Assembly (NCBI GenBank): GCA_963792415.1
Contig: CAWBVY010000006.1
Coordinates: forward strand, 672,001 to 736,000
Origin: Candidatus Deferrimicrobiaceae bacterium
GTDB taxonomy: Bacteria; Desulfobacterota; Deferrimicrobia; Deferrimicrobiales; Deferrimicrobiaceae
DNA: 64,000 nucleotides
Direction: 5' to 3'
In this document: in pieces, positions 44,208 through 53,434 of the stretch
How positions within the stretch are numbered: position 1 is the stretch's first letter
How the letters are laid out: the number at the start of each line of letters is the position of its first letter
Made by a program: the position numbers and the translations under genes
Notes under the pieces: generated by a model
The model's input: the letters and a program-made list of their open reading frames with translations, nothing else
What the model was told of the DNA's origin: nothing
The model's database searches: none

Positions 44208-45589
44208 CCGGATTCGGAACTCCCGGAGCGCACGACGACTCCGCGCAGATCCCACTCCCTCGCGCCCGTCACGCGGGCGCGGACGATGGAGCCCGGTTTC
44301 CCGTCGAACCCGGAGAGGACCATGCAGCCGTCGACTTCCGGCGCCTGCCCCCGGTGGCGGCCGACGGCCTTTCCGCGGGCGCCTGCTTTTTCCACGAGCA
44401 CATCGAGGGTTTGTCCGATCCGCGACGCGTTGCGCGCGGAGAGGAGGTCGGCCTGGGCATCGCGCACACGGCGCGCCCGCTCCTCCTTCGTCCGCTCCGG
44501 GACCTGGGACGGCATCCCGAACGCGGAGGTCCCCTCTTCCCGCGAGTAGGGGAAGACGCCCAGGTAATCCCACCGCGCTTCGTCGACGAAACGGAGCAGG
44601 CGATCGTAGGCGGCCCGCGTCTCCCCGGGGAACCCAACGATCAGGGACGTCCGCAGGAAGAGGCCGGGAATCCCGTTCCTGAGCCGGTCGAGCATCCGGT
44701 AAATTGCGTCGGGCCCATACGTCCGCCCCATCCGGCGGAGGATCCCCGGATCGATGTGCTGGACGGGAACGTCAAGGTAGCGGCAAACCTTCTCCTCCGA
44801 TCGCAGAAGATCGACGATTCCGTCGTCGACGCGGGAGGGATAAAGATAGAGGAGGCGGATCCAGCGGACTCCCCGGACGGCGCAGAGGGCGCGCACCAGG
44901 GAGACGAGGCCCCCCTTCTCCCCACGGTCCAGGCCGTACGCGGTAATGTCCTGCCCGATGAGGTTCAGTTCCCGGGCGCCCCGGCGCACCAGAAGCCTCG
45001 CCTCCGCGAGAAGCGAATCCCGGTCCCGGCTCCGCAGGGGGCCCCGGATCGCCGGAATCGCGCAGTAGGCGCACCGGTTGTCGCACCCCTCCAGGATTTT
45101 CAGGAACGCCGACCCGGTGCCGACCTCGGGGAGGCGATGGCCGTACGCTTCATCGGGAAGCGCCCCGCCGCCCGACAGCGAGCGCGGCGCCGAACCGCCC
45201 GGCGACGATACGACCGTAGACAGGATCGAAGCGAGGCGGCCCGGAAGTTCCGGGATGTCGCCGGGACCGAGGAACAGGTCGACTTCAGGAAGAAGTTCCG
45301 GAAGTTCGTCCCGATACCGCTGTGCCATGCAGCCGGCGACGACCAGGCGCCGGATCCGCCCCCGCCGCTTCTCCACCGCCAGGGAGAGGATCGCCTCGAT
45401 CGACTCTTCCTTTGCCGCCCGAACGAACCCGCACGTGTTCAGGATCGCCGCGTCGGCCCGGCCGCGGGGCACCACGAGGAACCCTCCTTCCGACAGGAGG
45501 CCCGCCATGACCTCGGCATCCACGGCGTTCTTTCCGCACCCGAGGTTGTGGATGCGCACCGTCGGCGCCTTCGGCCCCGCCCGCGTCAC
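44204..45589 (-). CDS. rimO: Ribosomal protein S12 methylthiotransferase
   Basis: LGCGKN.VD.E, NTCGF, GCMAQRY, CDNRCAYC, YLYP, APEVDG, TRAM domain. Confidence 0.95.
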   Translation of the reverse strand: MTRAGPKAPTVRIHNLGCGKNAVDAEVMAGLLSEGGFLVVPRGRADAAILNTCGFVRAAKEESIEAILSLAVEKRRGRIRRLVVAGCMAQRYRDELPELLPEVDLFLGPGDIPELPGRLASILSTVVSSPGGSAPRSLSGGGALPDEAYGHRLPEVGTGSAFLKILEGCDNRCAYCAIPAIRGPLRSRDRDSLLAEARLLVRRGARELNLIGQDITAYGLDRGEKGGLVSLVRALCAVRGVRWIRLLYLYPSRVDDGIVDLLRSEEKVCRYLDVPVQHIDPGILRRMGRTYGPDAIYRMLDRLRNGIPGLFLRTSLIVGFPGETRAAYDRLLRFVDEARWDYLGVFPYSREEGTSAFGMPSQVPERTKEERARRVRDAQADLLSARNASRIGQTLDVLVEKAGARGKAVGRHRGQAPEVDGCMVLSGFDGKPGSIVRARVTGAREWDLRGVVVRSGSSESG

Positions 45590-46269
45590 CCGTCCACCAC
45601 GGAGACCCCGGCCGGCTTCCGGAACCGGAAAAGGTCGGCGGGCAGGGAAGGATCGACCGTCACGTCGGTGAGGTACAGGTGGTTCTCCCCGCCGAGCCGG
45701 TCGAAGACGTGAATCTCCCGGATGAGGGCATCCTCCGTTCCGACGACCAGATCGATCCGACGAACCTCGGGAGCTCCGTCGCCCAGGGGAGAGAGGCGCA
45801 GGACCGTCTCCTCGCCGCTTTTGCGCAGGTCGGCGGCGTCCACGCGGAAGAGGCTGGTGATCTCCCCCTTGCCGAACAGCAGCAGCAGCGGGATCTTCCC
45901 GCCAAGTCCCTTCTCGTCGATGCCGCGGCGGACCACCTGCGACGATCCCGCCGGGCGGAAGTAGAAGTACCGGCCGTCGGCGAGGAACAGCTGCGCCTCG
46001 GGGCCCTTGTAGTCCCACCGCATTTTGAGCGGCCGGCCGAAGTACACGGTCCCGGACGCCTTCCGGACGATCCCGACGTTCTGGAGCGGGATCTCCTGGC
46101 GGAACTTCGCGGACAGAGCGTGCGCGGCGGCGTACCGCTCGCCGACCCGCCGCAGGAGCGCCTCGCCGGCGTTTTCCGCACCCCCCGCACCGCCCACCGT
46201 AAGCGGCAACAGGAGAAGCGCGCAGGCGAGGAGGAGAGCACGCGGATTACGGCATGGGTGAAACATCAT
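45586..46269 (-). CDS. lolA: Outer-membrane lipoprotein carrier LolA
   Basis: Signal peptide, F.Q, RPLKMRWDY, DG, LFRF..P; downstream of ftsK. Confidence 0.88.
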   Translation of the reverse strand: MMFHPCRNPRALLLACALLLLPLTVGGAGGAENAGEALLRRVGERYAAAHALSAKFRQEIPLQNVGIVRKASGTVYFGRPLKMRWDYKGPEAQLFLADGRYFYFRPAGSSQVVRRGIDEKGLGGKIPLLLLFGKGEITSLFRVDAADLRKSGEETVLRLSPLGDGAPEVRRIDLVVGTEDALIREIHVFDRLGGENHLYLTDVTVDPSLPADLFRFRKPAGVSVVDG

Positions 46270-46341
46270 GTTTGCCTCAGGTTTGTGGGTTGTGGGCGAT
46301 TCTTTGGACGCCCGTTGGGTGGTCGCACCGAAGCGGAGGGG

Positions 46342-48501
46342 TCATTCTTCTTTCCGCTTCACGTAGACCTCGCGCTGTTTTCCACCCTCGGCAGGTCCGA
46401 CGATCCCCTGGCGCTCCATCTCCTCGACGATCCGCGCGGCGCGGTTGAACCCGATCTTGAGGCGGCGCTGGAGGAAGGAGACGGAGGCGCGGCCGGCGCG
46501 GACGACTTCCTCGACGGCGGCGTCGAACATCTCGTCGCGCGACGGGTCGGGATCCTCCATGGACGGGGGGGCCGTGATCGCGGAGTCGTAGACCGGCGGT
46601 CCCTGAGCCTTCAAATGGCCCACGACGCGCTGGATCTCGCCCTCCCCCACGTAGGGGCAGTGCACCCGAACGATCCCGCCTACGCCGGGCTGGAGGAAGA
46701 GCATGTCCCCGAACCCGAGGAGCGTCTCCGCCCCCGATTGATCGAGGATCGTCCGGGAGTCGAACTGGGAGATCACCTTGAAGGAGACGCGGGACGGGAA
46801 GTTCGCCTTGATCACGCCCGTCAGCACGTCGACGGAGGGTCGCTGGGTGGCGAAGATCAAGTGGATCCCCGCCGCCCGCGCCATCTGGGTGAGCTGGGTG
46901 ATGGAATCCTCCACCTCCCGCCGGGACGCGGAGGTCATCATCAGGTCCGCCAGTTCGTCGATGAGGATGACGATGTAGGGGAGCTTCACGAGGTCGTCGG
47001 CTTCCCCTTCCCCCTTCGGCCTGCCTGCCGAGCGGAGCCGTTTCTCGACGAACTGGTTGAAGGCGTCGATGTGGCGGACGCCGTTTTCCATCATCAGCTG
47101 ATACCGACCGCGCATCTCCCCCACCGCCCACTTCAGAACCTGGGCCGCGTCGCGCGGCTGGGTCACGACCGGGTGATACAGGTGCGGGATCCCATCGTAG
47201 AGCGACAGCTCGAGCATCTTCGGGTCGACGAGAATGAGCCGGACCTCGTCGGGCGTCGCGCGGAAGAGGATCGACAGGATCATGGTGTGGAGCGCCACGC
47301 TCTTCCCCGACCCGGTGGCGCCGGCGATCAGGAGGTGGGGCATCTTCCCGAGGTCCCTGACCACCGGATCGCCGAAGATGTCCTTCCCCATCGCCAGCGA
47401 CAGCGCGGGGACGGAGGAGGCGTAGGCGGGGCACCCGAGCAGTTCCCTCAGGACAATCGGGGCCCTGCGGCCGTTGGGGATCTCGAATCCCATGACCCCC
47501 TTTCCGGGGATGTTGGGGACCACGCGCACAGACTCGCACCGCATCGCCAGCGCCAGGTCGTCCGCCATCGCCGAGACCCGGTTCGCCTTGATCCCCGGCG
47601 CGGGTCGGAACTCGTACATGGTGACCAGGGGGCCGGTCCGAATCTCGGTGATCTGGCCGTCGATGCCGTGCTCCGCAAGCTTGGACAGCAGCGCATGGGC
47701 GTTCTCCCGCAACGTCTCCTCATCGACCCCCTCCTCGACGCCCGTGGAGGGTTCGAGCAGATCGAGCGGCGGCAGGACGAACGCCTTCCCGGCGGTCCGG
47801 GGGGGCGCGGTTTCCTCGGGGACGGGCCTTCGCGCGACGACCCGTGGGGGGGCGGCTTCTTCCGGGACTTCCGGCGCCGGGGGCTCCTCCTCCCACGTCT
47901 CGCGCGGGACCAACTTCTCCTTGATCCTCTCGCGGACCTTTTCCGGCGACGATTCCTTGCGGAAGAGCGCAGGCAGGCCGCTCAAGGGAAGACCGGTGAC
48001 CATCATCAGGGAGAACAGGAGGAGGGCGACCAGCAGGACGAGCCCGCCCGCGGTACCCGCTACCCTCCCGAGGAAATGGACCCCGAGCAGGTCACCGACG
48101 ACCCCCGGCAGGAAGACGTCCTGCCCCATGACGGAGACGTGTCCCGTGAAGAAACTGAGGATCCCGAGGACGGAGCAGACTGCCAGGAGTCCCCCCGCGG
48201 CACGCCCCCATTTCCCGAGGATCTCTTCGCCCCGGTACGTCCAGTAGGCGAGAAGAATGCACAGGAGGGGGAATCCGGCGGCGCCGACGCCGAACAGTTG
48301 AAGGAGCAGATCCGAAAGGATCGCCCCGCCCCAGCCGGCCCAGTTCCGCACCTCGGCACCCGGGGAGCCCGCGGTGGAGGTGGAGAGGGAGGGGTCCATC
48401 TGGTGAAACGACACCAGCGCGACGGAGAGGACGACCCCCGCGGCGAGGAAAAGGACCGCCACGGTTTCCCGACGGATCTTTCCGATATCGGCCAAGGTCA
48501 A
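46342..48501 (-). CDS. ftsK: DNA translocase FtsK
   Basis: N-terminal TMs, PHLLIAGATGSGKS, DPKMLE, IDELAD, ATQRPS, LQRRLKIGFNRA. Confidence 0.98.
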   Translation of the reverse strand: MTLADIGKIRRETVAVLFLAAGVVLSVALVSFHQMDPSLSTSTAGSPGAEVRNWAGWGGAILSDLLLQLFGVGAAGFPLLCILLAYWTYRGEEILGKWGRAAGGLLAVCSVLGILSFFTGHVSVMGQDVFLPGVVGDLLGVHFLGRVAGTAGGLVLLVALLLFSLMMVTGLPLSGLPALFRKESSPEKVRERIKEKLVPRETWEEEPPAPEVPEEAAPPRVVARRPVPEETAPPRTAGKAFVLPPLDLLEPSTGVEEGVDEETLRENAHALLSKLAEHGIDGQITEIRTGPLVTMYEFRPAPGIKANRVSAMADDLALAMRCESVRVVPNIPGKGVMGFEIPNGRRAPIVLRELLGCPAYASSVPALSLAMGKDIFGDPVVRDLGKMPHLLIAGATGSGKSVALHTMILSILFRATPDEVRLILVDPKMLELSLYDGIPHLYHPVVTQPRDAAQVLKWAVGEMRGRYQLMMENGVRHIDAFNQFVEKRLRSAGRPKGEGEADDLVKLPYIVILIDELADLMMTSASRREVEDSITQLTQMARAAGIHLIFATQRPSVDVLTGVIKANFPSRVSFKVISQFDSRTILDQSGAETLLGFGDMLFLQPGVGGIVRVHCPYVGEGEIQRVVGHLKAQGPPVYDSAITAPPSMEDPDPSRDEMFDAAVEEVVRAGRASVSFLQRRLKIGFNRAARIVEEMERQGIVGPAEGGKQREVYVKRKEE

Positions 48502-50147
48502 AGCTCCAGGAGAACGGGAACGATCATCGGTTTCCGATCGATTCGCTTGTTGAAGAAGCGGCGCACCACCCTCCGGATCACGGTCTGCATCTCCGCCGTG
48601 TCGGTCCGCGCGTCGGCCCCGATCTCCCCGATCGCGCGGAGAACCTCGTCCCGCGCCCCCTCGACGAACTCCTCGGAGCCACTTTCCGTCACGACGCCGC
48701 GGGTGACGATATCGGGACCGTAGAGGAGTTCGCCCGTGGTCGAGGAGAAGGCGAGAACGACCATCACCAGCCCGACCTGGGAGAGGTGGATCCGATCCTT
48801 GAGAACGAGACTTTCGACGTCGCCGATCCCCTTTCCGTCGACGAAGCGGCGCCCGACCTCGATCCGCCCGGCGAGCGACATCTTCCCCCCCGAGAAGGCG
48901 AGCACGTCGCCGTTCCGCAGCATCGCGACGCGCGGCACCCCCAGCTCCCGCGCCAGGTTCCGGTGCCGGACGAGGAGCCTCGGCTCCCCGTGGACGGGGA
49001 CGAAATTCGCCGGCCGGACCGCAGCGATCATCGTCCGGAGCTCCTCGACGCTTGCGTGCCCGGACACGTGGATCTCCGATATCTTCTCATAGAGAACATC
49101 CGCCCCCGCGAGAAAAAAACGGTTGATGAGGCCCGCGATCGCCCGCTCGTTGCCGGGGATGAATTTCGAGGAGAGGACGATCGTGTCCCCCGGCCTCACC
49201 TTCAGATGCTTGTGCTCTCCGAGGGCCATCAGCGATAGCGCCGACCTCGGCTCCCCCTGGCTTCCGGTGGTGAGCACCGCCACGGCACGGTCCGGCAGCG
49301 AAACCGCCTCCTCGACGGGGATCAGGATGTCCGGCGACGGAAGCGCGAGGTAACCGAGGTCGATCGCCGTCGCCACGTTCCGCACCATGCTCCTTCCGCA
49401 CAGGGCCACCCGCCGGCCGCAGTTGCCGGCCGCCTTGATCACCTCCTGGATCCGGTGGAGGTTCGAGGAGAACATGCCCACCACGACCCTCCCCGTGGCC
49501 TGTCCGAAGATCTCCGAGAGGGCCTCTCCGACGAACTTTTCCGGCGGGCTCACCCCCTCCCGCTCCACGTTCGTGGAATCGGAGAAGAGCGCGGTGACCC
49601 CTTCCGCGGAGATTTCCCGGAGCCGTTCGATCCCGGTCGGCACGCCGTCGAGTGGATACGGGTCGATCTTGAAATCCCCCGTGTGGACGAAGAGTCCCTC
49701 GGGGCAGCGCAGCACGTATCCCACGGCGTCGGGGATGCTGTGGGAGACGGGGAACGCCTCCACGTCGAAGTTCCCGACGCGGAACCGGTCGTCCCGCGCG
49801 ATCGGGAAAAGCCGCGCGGACGCCTCGAGCCCCTGCTCGGCGAGGCGGTGGCGCAGCAGGCCCAGCGTCAGGCGGGTCCCGTAGACCGGTATGTCGAATT
49901 CGCGGAGCAGGAAGGGGACGGCGCCGATGTGATCCTCGTGCCCGTGGGTGAGCAGGAGCGCGCCGAGGTGGGGCGCCGTTTCTCGCAGGACGGAAAAGTC
50001 GGGGACGACGTAGTCGACCCCCAGCATCGTGTCGTCGGGGAACAGGAGACCAGCGTCGATGAGCAGCGCGGAGCCGCCGTCGTCGAACAGCATGCAGTTG
50101 AGGCCGATCTCGCCCAGCCCTCCCATCGGGATCACTCGCAGCGTCAT
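48498..50147 (-). CDS. rnj: Ribonuclease J
   Basis: GGLGEIG, THGHEDH, HTGDFK, DSTN, TGSQGEP, HVSGH, PVHGE. Confidence 0.97.
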   Translation of the reverse strand: MTLRVIPMGGLGEIGLNCMLFDDGGSALLIDAGLLFPDDTMLGVDYVVPDFSVLRETAPHLGALLLTHGHEDHIGAVPFLLREFDIPVYGTRLTLGLLRHRLAEQGLEASARLFPIARDDRFRVGNFDVEAFPVSHSIPDAVGYVLRCPEGLFVHTGDFKIDPYPLDGVPTGIERLREISAEGVTALFSDSTNVEREGVSPPEKFVGEALSEIFGQATGRVVVGMFSSNLHRIQEVIKAAGNCGRRVALCGRSMVRNVATAIDLGYLALPSPDILIPVEEAVSLPDRAVAVLTTGSQGEPRSALSLMALGEHKHLKVRPGDTIVLSSKFIPGNERAIAGLINRFFLAGADVLYEKISEIHVSGHASVEELRTMIAAVRPANFVPVHGEPRLLVRHRNLARELGVPRVAMLRNGDVLAFSGGKMSLAGRIEVGRRFVDGKGIGDVESLVLKDRIHLSQVGLVMVVLAFSSTTGELLYGPDIVTRGVVTESGSEEFVEGARDEVLRAIGEIGADARTDTAEMQTVIRRVVRRFFNKRIDRKPMIVPVLLEL

Positions 50148-50165
50148 CTCATGCCTTCCTGAAGT

Positions 50166-50879
50166 TCAAGTTATCGCGCGCTCGCTTGCGCGGGCCGCGA
50201 GGATCCGCGCCCGCACAGACTCGGCGATCCGTTCTTTCGATCCCCCCGCCCTTTCACCCGGTGAAAGCGGGGGAAGCACGCGGACGAGGAGATCGGCGGG
50301 CCGCACGCGAAAGCCCCCCTTGGGGATCGCCCGGCACCCGCCGTCGACGTAGACCGGGACGACGGGCGCCCCGGACTTCTGCGCGAGGTAGAAGGCACCC
50401 GGCCGGAATTCCCCGATCGACCCGTCCCCGCTTCGGGTCCCTTCCGGAAAAACGACCACGAGCCCTCCGTCGAGAAGCCGCGCCCCGACATCCCGCATCA
50501 TCCGGACCGCGTCTCTCGGGTCCTCCCGGTCGACGAAGAGGTTCCCCGCCGCCGCCATCGCCTTCCCGAACAGGGGGATCTCCCCCAGTTCCCGCTTGGC
50601 GAGAAACCGCACCGGCCGCGGGAACGCGGACAGGAGCATCGGGATGTCGACGATGCTCTGATGGTTCGCGACCAGAACGGCCCCGCCGGACGGGAGGTTC
50701 TCCATCCCCTCGACCCGCAGGTTCCACCCGCCCAGACGAACGAAGGAGCGTCCCCACCACCCCATGACGCCGCCGGCCCGGTCCTCGCGTGGAAACAGCC
50801 AACCCGCCAGGACCGATGCGAGAGAGGACCCGACGGTGAGGAGGAAGAGGAACAAGGACCGAAGTGCGCCCGGCATCAC
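50166..50879 (-). CDS. plsC: 1-acyl-sn-glycerol-3-phosphate acyltransferase
   Basis: NHQSIVD, FLAK, FVDR, FPEGTRS. Confidence 0.92.
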   Translation of the reverse strand: MMPGALRSLFLFLLTVGSSLASVLAGWLFPREDRAGGVMGWWGRSFVRLGGWNLRVEGMENLPSGGAVLVANHQSIVDIPMLLSAFPRPVRFLAKRELGEIPLFGKAMAAAGNLFVDREDPRDAVRMMRDVGARLLDGGLVVVFPEGTRSGDGSIGEFRPGAFYLAQKSGAPVVPVYVDGGCRAIPKGGFRVRPADLLVRVLPPLSPGERAGGSKERIAESVRARILAARASERAIT

Positions 50880-51454
50880 CAGTCCCCCTCTTCCCGGAAG
50901 CTGAAGAACGCGCCGTCCCCGAGGATAACATGGTCGACCACCGGGATCCCGAGGATCCCTCCCGCGGACCGGAGCCTCCGCGTCACCTCCCGGTCCTGTC
51001 CGCTGGGGGCGGGATCGCCGCTCGGGTGGTTGTGCAGGAGAAGAACCGCCGCGGCGCGCTCCCGGACCGCCGCGGCGAAGACCTCTCTCGGGTGGATGAG
51101 GCTGCCGTCGAGGATCCCCGCCGACACGCGCTCCTCCCGCAGGGGACGGTGCTTCACGTCGAGGAGCACCACGACGAACACCTCAACGGGCGAATCGGAG
51201 AGCAGGAACCTGTACCGCTCGAACACGTCCCCCGCGGAACGGAACGGCTCGGGGCGTCGACGCGGAATCGCGAGCGCCCTGCGCGCAAGCTCGAGAACCG
51301 CCTCCCACCTTCGATGCCTTCCCGCGTCCGCCGGCCCGCTTCCCGAAGCGGCTAGGCGCATCCCCTCCCCGTCGTCCGGGAACGCCCTCCGGAACAGCTC
51401 CGTCTCTTCCACACCTTCCAGGGGCCGCGCATCGCGGCCGGTGACGCCCGGCAT
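50876..51454 (-). CDS. radC: RadC/JAB-domain protein (short N-terminus)
   Basis: IHPREVF, HNHPSGDPAPSGQD, VDHVILG. Confidence 0.88.
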   Translation of the reverse strand: MPGVTGRDARPLEGVEETELFRRAFPDDGEGMRLAASGSGPADAGRHRRWEAVLELARRALAIPRRRPEPFRSAGDVFERYRFLLSDSPVEVFVVVLLDVKHRPLREERVSAGILDGSLIHPREVFAAAVRERAAAVLLLHNHPSGDPAPSGQDREVTRRLRSAGGILGIPVVDHVILGDGAFFSFREEGDW

Positions 51455-51545
51455 CCCGTCTCCCGAGGGGAAATGCCGGGGACCTATTCAAATACCATTC
51501 CGGATTTTTGTCAAAGCGCCGTCCCGGTGCGAGATAATGTTTGCC

Positions 51546-52484
51546 ATGGAAGGGAAACCGCTCACCGAACTGCTGTCGTCGTTCCGCGCGAACGTCGAAA
51601 CCGTTCTCCTCGGGAAACGGGAGTCGGTGGACCTGGCGATCGCCTCCTTCATCGCAGGAGGCCACGTTCTCCTCGAGGACGTCCCGGGCACCGGCAAGAC
51701 GACGCTGGCGCGGGCTCTCTCCTCGGGAATCTCGGGGACCTTCCGCCGGATCCAGTTCACGAGCGACCTGCTTCCCCAGGACATCATCGGCATGCACATC
51801 CTCGACGCGGACCGGAAATCGTTCGTCTTCTCGCCCGGGCCGCTGTTCGCGAACGTCGTCCTCGCAGACGAGATCAACCGGAGCAACCCCAGGGCCCAGA
51901 GCGCCCTGCTCGAAGCGATGAGCGAGCGGCAGGTGACGGTGGACAACCGGACCTACCCTCTTCCCGAGCCTTTCCTCGTCATCGCGACGCAGAACCCGTA
52001 CGAGCAGCACGGGACGTACCCTCTCCCGGAATCCCAGCTCGACCGTTTCAACCTCCGTCTGCGCCTCTCCTACCCGGACCGCGATTCGGAACGGCAGCTC
52101 ATCCGCGAGAACAATCTCCTCACGATGCGGGACGGAATCCCGGCGTCGATGCGGCCGGAGCAGATGCGGGCGCTCCGGGCGGAAGTCGACCGGGTGACCG
52201 TCCACGACGCGGTCATCGACTACATACAGCGGCTCGCGGCGGCGACCCGGGCCCACCCCGCCGTCCGCCTGGGCGCCTCCCCCCGCGGGGCGATCGGATT
52301 GAAGAGCACCTCGCAGGCGCTGGCCCTCCTCTCGGGACGTGACCACGTGATCCCCGGAGACGTCCGCAGAGCGGCGGTTCCGGTCCTCTGCCACCGCGTC
52401 TTCCCGAAAGGGGAAGCCGCCGGGTCGGAAGCCGCCCAGACGATCCTCGAGGAGGTCCTCTCGGTGGTGCCGTCGCCGCTGTGA
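51546..52484 (+). CDS. moxR: MoxR-family AAA+ ATPase
   Basis: HVLLEDVPGTGKT, RIQFTSDLLP, LADEINR, ATQNP, GTYPLPESQLDRF, GASPR. Confidence 0.95.
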   Translation: MEGKPLTELLSSFRANVETVLLGKRESVDLAIASFIAGGHVLLEDVPGTGKTTLARALSSGISGTFRRIQFTSDLLPQDIIGMHILDADRKSFVFSPGPLFANVVLADEINRSNPRAQSALLEAMSERQVTVDNRTYPLPEPFLVIATQNPYEQHGTYPLPESQLDRFNLRLRLSYPDRDSERQLIRENNLLTMRDGIPASMRPEQMRALRAEVDRVTVHDAVIDYIQRLAAATRAHPAVRLGASPRGAIGLKSTSQALALLSGRDHVIPGDVRRAAVPVLCHRVFPKGEAAGSEAAQTILEEVLSVVPSPL

Positions 52485-53434
52485 AGCCCGTCGCGCGCCG
52501 GTTTCGCCTTCCCCGTCATCTCCGGGTCCCCTTCGCGGGGAAGGTGTTCCTCCTCGTCACCCTCGGGGTCGGCGTCGCCGCCGTCAACACGGGGAACAAC
52601 CTCCTCTATCTCGCCTTGAGCCTCAACCTCTCGTTGATCCTCCTGTCGGGCGTCCTGTCCGAGGGAACGCTGCGGCACGTCACGCTGAAGGCCCGGCTCG
52701 CCTCGGAGGCGTTCGCGGGGGGGGAGGCGTTCCTCGCCGTCACCTGTTCGACGGAGGGGAAACGGTTTCCCGGGATCTCACTCGTCGCGATCCTTCGGAC
52801 CGGAGAAGATCCTGCGACGGTCCGGTTCCCGGACATCGCCCCCGGGACGACCGTCACCCGCGTAGTCCCGTTCCGACCTTCGCACAGGGGAGAGCTCGAT
52901 TCGATCCACGCCTCGCTCTCGACGCGCTTCCCGTTCTCCCTGTTCGAGAAATCGGTCGCGCTTGCCGTTCCCGCGGGCGTCATCGTGTATCCCCGGCCTT
53001 CCCCTCCCGAGGCGCGGTGCGAAGATCTCCCGGTCGCGGCGCCGTCGGGGCGCCCGTTCCTGTCCGGGCGGGTCGGCGCCTTCCCGCGGGGAGTGCGGGA
53101 GCACCTCCCCGCGGACCCCGCGAGGGACATCCACTGGAAGACGACGGCGCGGACGGGACGCTGGATGGTCAAGGAGCGGGAAGGGGAAGCCACGCCGTGG
53201 ATCGACCTTCGCGTGGAAGAAGGCGGAACGCCCGAGGCCTTCGAAGCCCGGCTCTCGGAAGCGTGCGGCGCCGTACTCGATCTCGAGCGGCGGACCGTCC
53301 CCTTCCGAATCCGGATCGGAGACCGCCTTTGCGCCGAAGCGCACGATCCGGACCGCAGATCGAAGGCCCTCGAGGCCCTGGCGAAGGCGCGGTTCCATCC
53401 CGCCCCCCCGGCACCGGCGGTGACGCCGTCATGA
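52481..53434 (+). CDS. DUF58 domain protein
   Basis: AAVNTGNNLLYL, FPFSLF, VREHLPADPARDIHWK. Confidence 0.9.
   Translation: MKPVARRFRLPRHLRVPFAGKVFLLVTLGVGVAAVNTGNNLLYLALSLNLSLILLSGVLSEGTLRHVTLKARLASEAFAGGEAFLAVTCSTEGKRFPGISLVAILRTGEDPATVRFPDIAPGTTVTRVVPFRPSHRGELDSIHASLSTRFPFSLFEKSVALAVPAGVIVYPRPSPPEARCEDLPVAAPSGRPFLSGRVGAFPRGVREHLPADPARDIHWKTTARTGRWMVKEREGEATPWIDLRVEEGGTPEAFEARLSEACGAVLDLERRTVPFRIRIGDRLCAEAHDPDRRSKALEALAKARFHPAPPAPAVTPS

Noticed and set aside
46270-46341. Compositionally odd ftsK-lolA spacer as an ncRNA or a further repeat copy
   Set aside because: No convincing stem and no GGGTACCC core
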